Part shown: piece by piece, positions 40,473 to 54,069 of the stretch
How positions within the stretch are numbered: position 1 is the first letter of the stretch
Layout: each line of letters starts with the position of its first letter
NCBI GenBank assembly: GCA_963767925.1
Contig: CAVYGB010000002.1
Location: 544,001-608,000 of the forward strand
DNA: 64,000 nucleotides
DNA from: an uncultured delta proteobacterium
Lineage (GTDB): Bacteria; Myxococcota_A; Polyangia; Fen-1088
Direction of reading: 5' to 3'
Made by a program: the position numbers and the translations under genes
The notes under the pieces: generated by a model
Seen by the model: only the letters and a program-made list of their open reading frames with translations
The model's database searches: none
What the model was told of the DNA's origin: nothing

Positions 40473-40806
40473 CGAATGGTTTGTCGCCCAGACCCCTCAC
40501 CCCTCCCTCTCCCCGCTGGCGCGGGGCGAGGGCGAACGGACAGTGGGGAGCAGTAGATCCCGGCCGATTGCACCCTCGATCGTCAGATCAGATGACCGGG
40601 GGGAAGGGAGGTGTCGCGCCCCGCTACGGATAACGAATGGTTTCGTTGGGACCCCTCACTCCTCCCCGCTGCCGCGGGGCGAGGGGGAACGGACAGTGGG
40701 GAGCGGTTGATCTCGGCCGTTTGCACCTTCGATCGCCGGATCAGATGAGCGGGGCAGCTGGCCGGTTGTTCGCCCTCGCCCCGCGGCAGCGGGGTGAGGA
40801 GGGGCT
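40473..40806. repeat. Two ~125 bp direct repeats with REP-like hairpins plus an inverted arm
   Basis: CGAATGGTTT...CCCCTCAC...GGGGCGAGGG.GAACGGACAGTGGGGAGC...GATCAGATGA at 40473 and 40634. 40769-40803 is complementary to 40652-40689. Confidence 0.75.
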
Positions 40807-41056
40807 CCGGGGTGGACGTGAAGGCTGTCGGTGCTCCACGGGCGGCGGCGGGTGCGGAGGCGGCGCCAGAGGGTGACGATCAGGGGGTCGGTGGAGGAGC
40901 TCCACATGGCCGGGCCCATGAACAGAACCGCCACCAGTGTGCCGACCAGGGCAAACAGGATGGCCTGCCAGTACGTCCCCATGGGGACAAGTCTAGCAAG
41001 CGGGGGCATCTGGCGGTTTCGACAGGGCCCGGTGGCGGCGAGGCGCCGGGTGGGGG

Positions 41057-44173
<3,117 letters not shown>

Positions 44174-44333
44174 CCCGACTGTCTACAGCCTCGCGCCGGC
44201 GCGTGCCACGCCCGTATCGCCCAGGGCCTCAGGGCGGATCGGGCGGGATCCCCGCTGACCAATCTCCGCACGTGAGGTGGTCAACGCTGCCGGAAACTTG
44301 CCGGTCACCTGAACATATGGATAGTCTGAGGGC

Positions 44334-45270
44334 ATGGCCGCCCGTGTGCCGTCCGAAGCCCTCAACCCCGCGCAGCAGCGCGTGGTCGACCACGGAGACG
44401 GGCCGCTGCTGGTGGTGGCGGGCGCGGGATCGGGCAAGACGCACACGCTGGCCCACCGGGTGGCGGCGCTGGTCGCCCGGGGGGCCGACCCCCGGCGTGT
44501 CCTCCTGCTCACCTTCACCCGCCGGGCCGCGGCCGAGATGGTGCGCCGGGCGGCGCGCATCGCGGGGCTCGGCGGCAAGCACGACGGCCTCTGCTGGGCC
44601 GGCACCTTCCACGCCGTCGCCAACCGGCTGCTGCGCATCCACGCCCCCCGCCTGGGCCTCGACCCGGCGTTCACCTTGCTCGACCGGGAGGACGCCGCCG
44701 ACCTCATCGATCAGCTCCGTCACGAGCAGGGGCTGTCGCGCACCCACGAGCGTTTTCCCCGCAAGGGGACCTGCCTGGCGATCTACTCGCGCGTGGTCAA
44801 CACGCAGGTCCCGCTGCAGGCGTGCCTCGAGACAACATTCCCCTGGTGCCTGTCCTGGCACGATCCCCTGCGCGCGCTGTTCGCCGCCTATGTGGAGGCC
44901 AAGATCGAGCGCCAGGTGCTGGACTACGACGATCTGCTGCTCTACTGGTACCACCTCATGGGCGAGGCAGCCCTCGCCGCCGAGGTAGGCAGCAGGTTTT
45001 CCCACGTGCTCGTCGACGAGTACCAGGACACCAACACGCTGCAGGCGGAGATCCTGGCCCGGCTGCGGCCCGATGGCCGCGGCGTCACGGTGGTGGGCGA
45101 CGACGCCCAGGCCATCTATTCCTTTCGCGCCGCCACCATCCGCAACATCCTCGCCTTCCCCCAGGGGTTCGACCCGCCGGCGGCCGTGTACGCGCTCGAG
45201 CAGAACTACCGCTCGACCCAGCCCATCCTCGCCGCGGCCAACGCCGTCATCGCCCTCGCTTCCGAGCGCC
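44334..45270 (+). pseudogene. UvrD/Rep-family helicase, 5' part (interrupted)
   Basis: LNPAQ, AGAGSGKT, LTFTRRAA, GTFH, VDEYQDTN, VGDDAQAIYSFR and QNYRST; breaks off at 45270. Confidence 0.9.
44781..45270 (+). repeat. 490 bp direct repeat, copy A (copy B at 58809-59298)
   Basis: Base comparison by eye shows near identity (two substitutions noticed). Confidence 0.92.
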
Positions 45271-45366
45271 GGGGCTCGGGGGGGCCGGGCCGCGCGAGTT
45301 GACATAGGACACGATATCGGTCGTCTACGTCCGCGCGCGTCATGCAGCGTGATTTTCCTATCATCC
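45269..45366 (+). repeat. 98 bp direct repeat R, copy A (copy B at 58601-58698), containing TTGACA and an ATG
   Basis: CCGGGGCTCGGGGGGGCCGGGCCGCGCGAGTTGACATA...CATGCAGC.TGATTTTCCTATCATCC in both copies. Confidence 0.9.
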
Positions 45367-45539
45367 GAAACCTACGACCCCGAACGGTTCATGGAGACCC
45401 TGGACAACTGGGGCTGGTTCGCCCGACCGTCCGAGGCGCCCCTGTGGTTCGCGGGCGGTTTCTACCGACGAGGCGGCGCTCCCTGACCGGGCGGCCGGCC
45501 GGCGCTGCGGGCGAACCCGGCCATCCCGACAACCGACTC

Positions 45540-45854
45540 CTACGACGGCGGTGACGGCTGGTCTTCCGGCGCGCGCCGTCTGGGCAGGTGGACGCCGTAG
45601 GCGCTGCCGGAGCCTTCCCGGACGACTATCAAGCTGAGGAGGGAGCCCGGAAAACCGAAGATGAACGCGAGGGCCCGCCAGCCGACGCTGGGGTGGTGCT
45701 GCGCCCGCATCCCGGCGTAGCTGACATTGGCCAGCATCCACAGCGCCGTCACGCCACTACGGCCGATCGAATCGCGCGCCCCCTGGTCCGCGGCATGGGC
45801 CATGGTTGTCCACAGCAACGGCAAGAGACCGGACAGGATCTGCATCCAACGCAT
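45540..45854 (-). CDS. Small hypothetical membrane protein
   Basis: MRWMQILSGLLPLLW... with further hydrophobic segments (WRALAFIFGFPGSLLSLIVV). Confidence 0.55.
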   Translation of the reverse strand: MRWMQILSGLLPLLWTTMAHAADQGARDSIGRSGVTALWMLANVSYAGMRAQHHPSVGWRALAFIFGFPGSLLSLIVVREGSGSAYGVHLPRRRAPEDQPSPPS

Positions 45855-45938
45855 GCTTCCGGCTATCACGCCGGCGGGGCCTCCGGGCAAGAAATTTTCA
45901 CGGATCGCGGCCCGCCCAACACGTTGACACTCTTTTTT

Positions 45939-47470
45939 GGCTCTCCGACAGAATCAGTGGGTGATCTGAGACCTCCTGGAGGCCGGTCGCGCCCGCCGCT
46001 CGCTGGATGATACGAGCGTGCGCGGGCGGGTAAAGGGTTCGCGCGGCGGCCGCGCCGGCGCAGCGCCGCCCTTGACCCACCCTGTGCGCGCTCTGCGATT
46101 GGCTGAGATGCGGCGGGCGGGGACGGACTGGGCGGCGACGGGCGAGGGAGAAAGTGGGTCCAACGCTTCCCGGGGCGGGTATCGTCCCGGTTTGCATGAA
46201 CCCGAAGGACCCGAGGTGCAAGTTAAGACGATCTTGAACCGATGTCACCGGTTCAAGTGCTTCGTGTACGGCGTCTGCTACTTGGGCGACGACGGCTCGA
46301 TAAACGTGGCGGTTCGTCCCCGCAAGGGGTCGGCGGCGGTGTGCTCAGGGTGCCAGCGGCCGGGCCGGTCTACGACACGAGCCGAGCACCGCGCGGCTTT
46401 GCCTTCGTGCCGCTGTGGGGCTTCGCCGTGTGGCTGTGGTACTGCATGCCGGGTCGACTGCGCCGAATGCGGCGTCACAGTCGAGGAGGTTCCGTGGGCT
46501 GATGGCAAGAACCCGACCTGCAACGCTTACCGCTTGTTTCTGGCCCGCTGGGCGCGACGACTACCCTGGAGCCAGGTCGCCCAGATCTTCAACAGCAGCT
46601 GGGGCGTGGTGTATCGAGCCATCCGGTGGGTGGTGGACTACGGCCTGGCCCACCGAGATTCCGACAGCGTCGAGGCCATCGGCGTCGACGAGATCGCCGT
46701 GTGGAAGGGTCACAAGTACCTCACCGTCGTGTACCAGATCGACCAGGGCGTTCGCCGGCTGCTTTGGGTCGGCAATGAGCGCACAGTCGAGAGCTTCCGT
46801 GGTTTCTTCGCGATGTTCGGCCAGACCCGCACCCTGGCCCTTCGCTTCGGTGCCAGCGAAATGTGGAAGCCCAACCTCGATGTCATCGCCGAGTTGGCTA
46901 GCCAGACCGTACACGTCCTGGACAGGTTTCACATCGTCGCCAACATGAACAAAGCCGTCGACGAGGTCCGCGCCGGGGAAGCCCGTGAGCTGGTGCGCCA
47001 AGGCTACGAGCCCATCCTCAAGCATTCGAGGTGGTGCTTTCTCAAGCGCCTTGGAGAACCTCAACGACGCCCAGCGGGCCAAGCTCGCCGACGTCCTCAA
47101 GTACGACCTAAGGTCGGTGCGTGCCTACCTGCTCAAGGAGAGCCTGCAGGCCTTCTGGAGATACACCACGGCCGGCGCGGCGGGCTGGTTCCTCGACAAG
47201 TGGTGCACCCGTGCGCTGCGCTCGCGCCTGGAGCCCATCAAGAAGGTCGCGCGTTCTCCGCGGGGCCACCGCGAGCTCATCCTCAACTGGTTCCGAGCGA
47301 AAAAGGAGATCTCCGCCGCCGCCGTCGAGGGTCTGAACGCCAACGTCAAACTCGCACTCAGAAAAGCTCGAGGCTTCCGCACCTTCCAGGTCCTCGAAAC
47401 CGCCCTCTATCACGAGCTCGGCCGGCTATCCGAGCTCCCAGAGATCACCCATAGATTCTGTTGAGGGGGC
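45939..47470 (+). mobile_element. ISL3-family insertion sequence with a frameshifted transposase
   Basis: TIRs GGCTCTCCGACAGAATCAGTGGGTGATCT and AGATCACCCATAGATTCTGTTGAGGGGGC with T-tracts on both flanks. Transposase motifs IGVDE..KGHKY, LDRFHIV and VEGLNANVK..RKARGFR are split over frames. Confidence 0.9.
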
Positions 47471-47486
47471 TTTTTTTCAGGTTGCA

Positions 47487-49124
47487 ATGATTCCTCATTT
47501 GATGCTTCTACGCTCTCAGGCGTCCCGGACCTGGTTTCTTGGGCTGATGCTGGCCCATCTGGGCCTGATCTGGGCACTTCCCGTCCTGCCCGCTCAGGAC
47601 CTCCCGCAACATCTCACCTACGCAACCATCCTGCGCGACTACCAGCGCCCGGATAACTTGTTCCGGGAGTTTTACCAGCCCGATGGCGCCAACCAGAGCT
47701 ACTACACCACCTATCGTCTGCTGGTCGGCGCTGCCCGCTTCATAGCGGTCGAGGCCAGCGCGCGCCTGCTCTTTTCCGCCTACGTCATCGCCCTTTTCAT
47801 GTCCTTTCGCGCCCTGGTGCGCACCTGCGTCCCGCCGGGCGGGCCGGCGGCCCAGGCTACTCCGCTGCTCGCATCGCTGCTGGTATGGAATCCGGTCTCA
47901 TGCATGGGGTTTCTGGCCTTCCAGCTGGCGATTCCCGCGCTGCTGAGCGGCGTGGTCGCCTTCGTGCGCCTGGCCGAACGGGAGCAGGAAGTGTCCGTCC
48001 GAAACGCCTGGCCGCTGCTGGCCGCGACGGCCGTGATCGGTTCGTTGCATGTGGTGGCCAGCTGGCTTCTGCTGCTGTTCGCGGGCCTCTATACGGCCCT
48101 CAGCCCGCATCGGCGTCGTCTGCACGCTTTCCTGGTCTTGACCGGCGCAGTGGTCAACGTCACCGCCATCTGGGGCGCCCTCGGTGATGCGCAGATCGCT
48201 GGGCAGCAGGCGCTGGACCTCGCCTCACACGTGAAAAGCGCCTTCGCCTTCGAGTTCATAACCGAGGCTTTCCGCCTGACCTGGCGCGATCCCATCGCCA
48301 AGCTCGGCTACCTGCTCTGGAACGTATTAGGTCCTTTCCGCATCACCGGTCAGGTTCTTGTCGCAGGCGTGCTGCTGGCCGCCTACCTCATGCTGCGGCG
48401 TCCTCCCCGAGAAGCACCGACCGGCCCAACCGGCCTGCGCCGGGCTTTCACCCGTGCGACGCTGGCCCTGCTCGCTCTCAGCTGGCTGATTCCCTGGGGA
48501 ATCCACTTTCCATCCGAAGTGACCTTCCTGGACTTCCGGGTGATGGCGGTGGCCATCATCTTGCTCGCGGCGGTTCCGGATCTCCGCTGGCCGACGCCAA
48601 CCCGGGCGACGGCCCTGGTCGGAATCGCCTGCGCCATCTTGACCGTCCATTTCGGTGTGCGGGCGTTTGCGTTCGGCACCGAGGCCAGGAGTGCGCTCAC
48701 GCTGCTGGAGTCCGCCAGACCAGCTGGGGTGATGATGGGCCTGACGTTTTTTAACCGAAGCGACCACTTCGGCAAGCAGTTCCGGCAGTCTCACTTTCTG
48801 CCCCTCTACTACACGGTTCGCCACGGCGGGATCTCCACCCAGTTCTGGGCCCGCTATACCGACCACCTTCCAGTGGCCTATCGCCCAGGCAAGCGACCCT
48901 CCGCTCCACCGGACTGGCACCCCGGGGAGCTCCGGCCGGCTCATCTCGAGGGCCCGCTCGACTACGTGCTGCTTCAGCGAGCCACCCAGGACAACAGCAC
49001 CCGCGAGCAGCAGACTTCCGGGACCGTCGAGGCGATGCTGAAGACGCGGGCCGATCTGGTTAGCTGCGAAGGAATCTGGTGTCTCTATCGCACGCGTCGG
49101 GGTGGCGTGCCTAAGACACCCTGA
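47487..49124 (+). CDS. Polytopic membrane protein, putative GT-C-fold glycosyltransferase
   Basis: N-terminal TM followed by PAQDLPQH loop, multiple TMs, DFRV motif and a soluble C-terminal domain. Confidence 0.7.
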   Translation: MIPHLMLLRSQASRTWFLGLMLAHLGLIWALPVLPAQDLPQHLTYATILRDYQRPDNLFREFYQPDGANQSYYTTYRLLVGAARFIAVEASARLLFSAYVIALFMSFRALVRTCVPPGGPAAQATPLLASLLVWNPVSCMGFLAFQLAIPALLSGVVAFVRLAEREQEVSVRNAWPLLAATAVIGSLHVVASWLLLLFAGLYTALSPHRRRLHAFLVLTGAVVNVTAIWGALGDAQIAGQQALDLASHVKSAFAFEFITEAFRLTWRDPIAKLGYLLWNVLGPFRITGQVLVAGVLLAAYLMLRRPPREAPTGPTGLRRAFTRATLALLALSWLIPWGIHFPSEVTFLDFRVMAVAIILLAAVPDLRWPTPTRATALVGIACAILTVHFGVRAFAFGTEARSALTLLESARPAGVMMGLTFFNRSDHFGKQFRQSHFLPLYYTVRHGGISTQFWARYTDHLPVAYRPGKRPSAPPDWHPGELRPAHLEGPLDYVLLQRATQDNSTREQQTSGTVEAMLKTRADLVSCEGIWCLYRTRRGGVPKTP

Positions 49125-50674
49125 GGCGCCGGGCTGGCGCTTGACCTCGTCCACCAGGCGTGGACCCACCTGACCCCGAGATAGGCGGCGAGCAACAAGG
49201 ACGGCAGGAAAACCACCGGGGTCCGCAGCGTCGAGTACTTCAAAGGATAGATGGCCAGCGCCAGACATGAGAACAGCACCGCCAGCTGGGTGGTGGCCCG
49301 TCGGCTGGCTATGGCGGAAAGGCACACGAACCAGGTGACGTACCAGGGCCAGAACCAGACCGCCAGCAGGCACACGGAGAACATGACCCAGGCGGCGGCA
49401 AGAACCGCCGTGGTCATCGTGGTCACCGAGATCGCTCCCAGGGCGATCGCCGCCAGCGAACCGGTGTTGGCCGCGGCGCGGGCGACCTCTCTGGTCCGGG
49501 AGCCATCCGGTCCCGCCATCATACGGCCGGCCGCGGGGGTCGCCTGACGCTTCTGCAACTCGAGGATGAGCGCCCCCACCGAGTTGGCGAGAAGCTTTTG
49601 CGGCGGGGACCCGGTCAGGACGGCGATGGTCCGCGAACCCTCCCAGAAGCGGCCGTAGAGAACGACGGTGGTGCAGGCGACGATGACCCCGATGCCGGCC
49701 AGCCGTATCCACCGCCGCCAGTCCGGTGGCGCCTCGCGTACCGCCACGATCACGTAGAAGAGTAGCGCCACCAGCGCGGTCCACTTGGTGAGCACCGCCA
49801 GCGTGAACATGACGACCGCCGTCTTCCAGCGTTGCTGATACCCCAGCCAGATTCCGACCAGCATGAGAAACAACATCATCACGTCGTTGTGGCCGTGTCC
49901 GACGAACTCGATCAACAACAGTGGGTTCAACAGATAGAGGAGCGTGCTGAAGGCCTGTCGGTCTGGCGCCACCCGTCCCACGATTTTCCAGATCAGGCCC
50001 GCGCTGCCACCGTGCAGGGCGGCCGCCACCAGCTTGAACAGCAGGACGTAGGTGATGATGGTGCCGCCCAGCCGCTCGGCCAGCCAGGTGACCCCCATTC
50101 CCAGATAGAGCCAGGCGGGCCCGTAGACGCTCGGCTCTCGCTTCCAGTGAACCCACTGCAGGAAGGGATCGGAGACGTACCGCACCGGAGACTCGAGCAG
50201 CGAATTCCCCCCGTGCACCAGGTCGATCCGCCCGTACATGATGTAGCTGTGGATGTCCCCGGAGAGCAGATTGGGCAGGGCGAGCAGGGGCGCGCTGGCC
50301 AGCCCCAGCATCCAGACGGCCGGGCGCAGCCGCCGCCGGGCCACATCGGACGAGCGCGAGCCCAGCAAGAGCCCCACGTATCCCAGCACGATGAGGGCCA
50401 GGGCTCCCGCCTGCCAGAGCTGAGCGCTGGTCACAGCGACGCCGGGGGCAGCCTGGAGCAGTTCCCGGGTCGTCGCCTCCGTGCCCTGCCGCCACGCCGG
50501 GTACTGGAAGAAGCTGTCCCAGATATGGCCGGGAGCCCAGGCCAGGCTCCTCAGCCGCATCACCAGGAACAGACCGAGATGACCGGCCAAAAAGCCGACC
50601 CCCGACACGAGGAAGCCGGACGGACGCGAGAGCCAGCGATCCGCCCGGGCCCGCGCTCGGCGAAGACGGTTCAC
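49085..50674 (-). CDS. MptA/MptB-like polyprenol-phosphate-sugar glycosyltransferase (GT-C)
   Basis: LSGDIHSYIMYGR, PSVYGPAW, LNPLLLIEFVGHGHNDVMM and WFWPWY. The GTG start overlaps the dsbA-like stop. Confidence 0.8.
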   Translation of the reverse strand: MNRLRRARARADRWLSRPSGFLVSGVGFLAGHLGLFLVMRLRSLAWAPGHIWDSFFQYPAWRQGTEATTRELLQAAPGVAVTSAQLWQAGALALIVLGYVGLLLGSRSSDVARRRLRPAVWMLGLASAPLLALPNLLSGDIHSYIMYGRIDLVHGGNSLLESPVRYVSDPFLQWVHWKREPSVYGPAWLYLGMGVTWLAERLGGTIITYVLLFKLVAAALHGGSAGLIWKIVGRVAPDRQAFSTLLYLLNPLLLIEFVGHGHNDVMMLFLMLVGIWLGYQQRWKTAVVMFTLAVLTKWTALVALLFYVIVAVREAPPDWRRWIRLAGIGVIVACTTVVLYGRFWEGSRTIAVLTGSPPQKLLANSVGALILELQKRQATPAAGRMMAGPDGSRTREVARAAANTGSLAAIALGAISVTTMTTAVLAAAWVMFSVCLLAVWFWPWYVTWFVCLSAIASRRATTQLAVLFSCLALAIYPLKYSTLRTPVVFLPSLLLAAYLGVRWVHAWWTRSSASPAPQGVLGTPPRRVR

Positions 50675-52005
50675 TAGTTCTGCGCCTTGCGACTGGCGCC
50701 TTCTGCCTCGGGGGCTTCCGTCGCGACCTTGTTCGCCCCGCCGCCGGCCCTGGCCAGAGCCTTCTCCACCAGCATCCGGAGGGCCCAATACGGCGCCGGG
50801 CCTTCTACCCGGCTCCCGTTGATGAAGATCGTCGGCGTCGTCGTCACTCCCAACGCGCGGGCCTGCCCGACATCGGTCAGGACCCGGCTGCGCGCCTGCA
50901 CGTCGGGGCCGCCCGAGGCAGGCAGAGCCAATCCGAGGGCTTCGGCATGGCGTTCGATATCGACGGGCGACTGCGAGATCTGATTGAGGAACAGGTGGTC
51001 GTGCATCTGCCAGAACTTGCCCTGACTCCTCGCTCGCTCGGCCACCTCCGCGGTGCGAAGTGCATCCTGGTCGGTTTCCCCGGGAAAATGCTTGTAAGTG
51101 AGGCGGACGCTGGATCCGTAGGCATCGATGATCCGCTTCAGAGTCCCCGCCATGCGCGCCGATTCACCCGACCTGAAGTCGGCAAACTCCACGATGGTCA
51201 CCAGAGGACGTTCCGCACCCGTCCAGGGACTGTCCCCGGTATCGACCGGAACCGGGCTCTTCATCCGATCCTCCAGCCGGGCCTGTACCCGGGCCAGCTC
51301 ATGGGACAGCAAGGGATCGGGGGGGACCAGCACACGGTACAGGTCGTCCGGATAGCTCGCGCCGGGATGATGACGCTGCACCCGCAGCAGTTCTTCCTCC
51401 ACGACCTTCGACAGCTCTTCGAAGGGGATGGTTCCCGCGACCCGGCGGCCATTCACGAAGAACATGGGAACCTCGTTGAGGGCCAGGCGTCCGCCCCATT
51501 CGATGTCGTCCTCCAACCGCGCCCAGGTCGCATTCGATTGCAGGTCAGCGAAGAACCTGCCCGTATCCATCCCCAGCACGGTGGCCGCCCCGACAATCAC
51601 CTCGCGGCTGGCATCATTCCCCGCGCTGAGCAGCTTCTCATAGAGCTGCAATCCCTGACCCTGACCGCCAGCCGCAATGGCCGCATGGGCCACCAGGCGC
51701 GAGGACTTGTGTCCAGGGAACGGGAAGTGTCGGAGCGACACCCGCACGTCCCTGGGCTTTGCGGCGACCAGGCGTTTCGCGCCGTCGAAGGCCTTCTGGC
51801 AGGGCGGACAATCGCTGTCGCTGTAGAGGATCAAGGTGACCGGCGCGTTCGAAGGGCCAGCGTTGATGTCGGCGATCGGGACGTGGACGCGGGCGATGGC
51901 CACTTCTGACCCGGCGCCGGTGCGCAAGAGCTTGATGAGCCCGTACCCGGCGAAGATCGAGGCCAGGACCGCAGCTGAAGTTGCAATCACATTTTTCATC
52001 ATCAT
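50674..52005 (-). CDS. Two-domain DsbA-like thioredoxin-fold protein
   Basis: N-terminal TM. Domain 1 has SDSDCPPC, RHFP and VPMFFVNG. Domain 2 has EFADFRSGES (no Cys), KHFP and TPTIFING. Confidence 0.85.
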   Translation of the reverse strand: MMMKNVIATSAAVLASIFAGYGLIKLLRTGAGSEVAIARVHVPIADINAGPSNAPVTLILYSDSDCPPCQKAFDGAKRLVAAKPRDVRVSLRHFPFPGHKSSRLVAHAAIAAGGQGQGLQLYEKLLSAGNDASREVIVGAATVLGMDTGRFFADLQSNATWARLEDDIEWGGRLALNEVPMFFVNGRRVAGTIPFEELSKVVEEELLRVQRHHPGASYPDDLYRVLVPPDPLLSHELARVQARLEDRMKSPVPVDTGDSPWTGAERPLVTIVEFADFRSGESARMAGTLKRIIDAYGSSVRLTYKHFPGETDQDALRTAEVAERARSQGKFWQMHDHLFLNQISQSPVDIERHAEALGLALPASGGPDVQARSRVLTDVGQARALGVTTTPTIFINGSRVEGPAPYWALRMLVEKALARAGGGANKVATEAPEAEGASRKAQN

Positions 52006-52961
52006 TTTTCACCAAACAACGCTTTGTCGAATGTCGGTTGTTGCAAGGAAAACAATCTCACCGCACGCCGCACCTCACGCGCAGACAGCAGCAGCAGCGG
52101 CGCTGGCGCATATGCGAACCAGAACAGAAATGGAACTTCGAAGGCCACAATGATGGAGAGGAAAAAGGCCTGGTAGACCACCGTCGCCCAGAGCCGGGTG
52201 CGTCTCCAGGCGATGGCCAAGGGAAGGGTCAGCTCCAGCAAGACGGTTGCCCAGTTGGCAACGACCGCCACCCCGGGCCACCGCAGGAGCCCCAACTCGA
52301 CCAGCCATCCGCGCACGACAAAGCCGGCGGGGTAGTCGGCCAGCTGGTGAAACCCTCCCTGGAGCGGCCAGCCGGCCGTCAGCTTTTCGACTCCCGCGAA
52401 GAACAGCGAGACGAGAACCAGGCCACTCAGCAGCAGGGCTCCAACCTGGTCGGCGGTGGGTCCCGACGCCGCCGGGAGCGAGCGACCGTCGTGGCCGGCG
52501 GGAGGTGAGTCCCCGTCAGTCTTCTTCCGATCGAGCAAGGAACGCAGGGATAGGGCCTGGTCGGTCGTGACGAAGATGAGGACCGGCAAGAGAATCCAGA
52601 TCGTCTCGAGGGCCAGGGTTCCGACGCTCAAGGCATTCATCGAGGCGAAGAAATACAGGCCCACCAGCGAAACTGCGGCGCACAGGCGGGTGCAAAGACC
52701 GAGCGCCCCTCCCAGGCAGGCCAACATGGTCAGGGCCACCAGAGGCATCACCAGCGTCAGGGGCAGCCGGGCGGCGAGGTCATGGAGGGTGGCGTTGTAT
52801 TGACCGATGCGAAAGGCGTCCCGGCCGAAATTCTCGTCGAAGGCGAAAAACGCCGGAAAATAGTGGACGATCACCCCGCTGAAGAAGAACGCCCGGAACA
52901 GGCCCAGCGCCCGCGCGCGAACTTGCCGGTCAGGACTGGTCGATTGTCGAAAGAGATCCAT
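52002..52961 (-). CDS. HTTM-domain membrane protein (SdpB / vitamin K-dependent carboxylase-like)
   Basis: ALGLFR, LGLCTR, ALSL, LFFAGVEKL, LLELTLP and RTRL are characteristic of HTTM proteins. The stop overlaps the next ATG. Confidence 0.75.
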   Translation of the reverse strand: MDLFRQSTSPDRQVRARALGLFRAFFFSGVIVHYFPAFFAFDENFGRDAFRIGQYNATLHDLAARLPLTLVMPLVALTMLACLGGALGLCTRLCAAVSLVGLYFFASMNALSVGTLALETIWILLPVLIFVTTDQALSLRSLLDRKKTDGDSPPAGHDGRSLPAASGPTADQVGALLLSGLVLVSLFFAGVEKLTAGWPLQGGFHQLADYPAGFVVRGWLVELGLLRWPGVAVVANWATVLLELTLPLAIAWRRTRLWATVVYQAFFLSIIVAFEVPFLFWFAYAPAPLLLLSAREVRRAVRLFSLQQPTFDKALFGEK

Positions 52962-53391
52962 TCCAGCACCTGAAAAGCTCGCGTCGGTCGCGGTCCTCAC
53001 GCTCCAGATTTCGCCAGGTCAGCTCGAGGTGGGCGCCCTGCAGGTCCGGTCGTCGGCGACACAGCGACTCCAGATAGGGGCGGGCAGCCTTCATCAGGTT
53101 GAGCGCCAGGCGACTCTGGTGAAAACCTGCGGTCCGCGTGTCCACCAACTCCTGGACAGAGCGGAGCTGCGTTTCGTTCGCCGGCCTGAAGCGCGCAAAG
53201 GGCACCAGTTCGTGAAGCCGGGCGAACATCAGGAACCCGATCGAACGGTGAACGAAGGGGAGAGAAGGAAGCCGGTCCTGCCAGGCGGGCGGCAGAAAGG
53301 TGGTCTTCACCGCCATGACCAGGAACAACCCGAACCAGCACGCCGCCGCGATCATGGGCAGCTGAGCTCGAACGGTTCGCAGGGAAGGCAT
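52930..53391 (-). CDS. Small single-TM partner of the HTTM protein (SdpA-like)
   Basis: N-terminal TM, GFLMFA (cf. WxMFA) and YLESLCRR...FRC cysteine pair. Overlaps the HTTM gene. Confidence 0.6.
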   Translation of the reverse strand: MPSLRTVRAQLPMIAAACWFGLFLVMAVKTTFLPPAWQDRLPSLPFVHRSIGFLMFARLHELVPFARFRPANETQLRSVQELVDTRTAGFHQSRLALNLMKAARPYLESLCRRRPDLQGAHLELTWRNLEREDRDRRELFRCWNGSLSTIDQS

Positions 53392-53411
53392 CCAGGTCTC
53401 CGCGGGTTCGA

Positions 53412-54059
53412 TCAACGCGGGTTCAGGCCCGGTAAACATGCGAGGGCGCCCTGGGTCCTGACCCGGACCCGGTCACTGCCCTGGTAGGCGTCCGGGAACT
53501 CATGGTCCGGGGCGGGTTCGGCCGCCCTGAGCGTGGAGGCCCGCAGGGCGAAGCAGTCCAGGGCCTGGGGAGGAAGCGTCAGATTGCCCAGAACGCGCTC
53601 GAGGACGATGTTGGAAAGACTGGCCTTGTATTCGGTGGCATTGATGTCCACCCGGAAGATCAGGTCGACGCTGGCGGCGCTGTCCGGCGGCCAGCAGGGC
53701 TCCAGGCGGTCGACCAGCGCCAGCTCGATTGCGTTGCGTAGAGCCGCCGCTCTCCTCGAAATCTCGTATTTGCTCTCCACGATCATCTCGTCCAGGGGGC
53801 CGAGCTCGACAGCGGTTTCCGACGCCTTCGCCGAGCTGATCACCTCCAGCGCTCCCCGCAACTGATCAGCCGTCGGGCGAGACACCGGTCCTTCGGCGGG
53901 AAGCGGGCGGGAATCCTCGGTCGGGGCGGGGGCGGCCGAAGCCAAGGGAGCCGGCCCGTCCGGGGCGGGATGACCCCTCAGCATGACCAGTCTCGTCAGG
54001 ACAAACGCCGTCGTGAGAGGCAGCGCCGTGATCAGCAGCAGCGAGGCAAGTGGTCGCAT
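53412..54059 (-). CDS. Hypothetical membrane-anchored protein
   Basis: N-terminal hydrophobic segment, Pro linker and LEPCW...LDCF cysteine pair; in operon. Confidence 0.65.
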   Translation of the reverse strand: MRPLASLLLITALPLTTAFVLTRLVMLRGHPAPDGPAPLASAAPAPTEDSRPLPAEGPVSRPTADQLRGALEVISSAKASETAVELGPLDEMIVESKYEISRRAAALRNAIELALVDRLEPCWPPDSAASVDLIFRVDINATEYKASLSNIVLERVLGNLTLPPQALDCFALRASTLRAAEPAPDHEFPDAYQGSDRVRVRTQGALACLPGLNPR

Positions 54060-54069
54060 GGGTCTGGCC

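Noticed and set aside
40473..40806. CRISPR array
   Set aside because: Only two long units, no regular repeat-spacer pattern and no cas genes.
40656..41009. Small membrane protein CDS
   Set aside because: The N-terminal TM is plausible, but the ORF runs into the repeat array and has no recognisable family; left uncalled.
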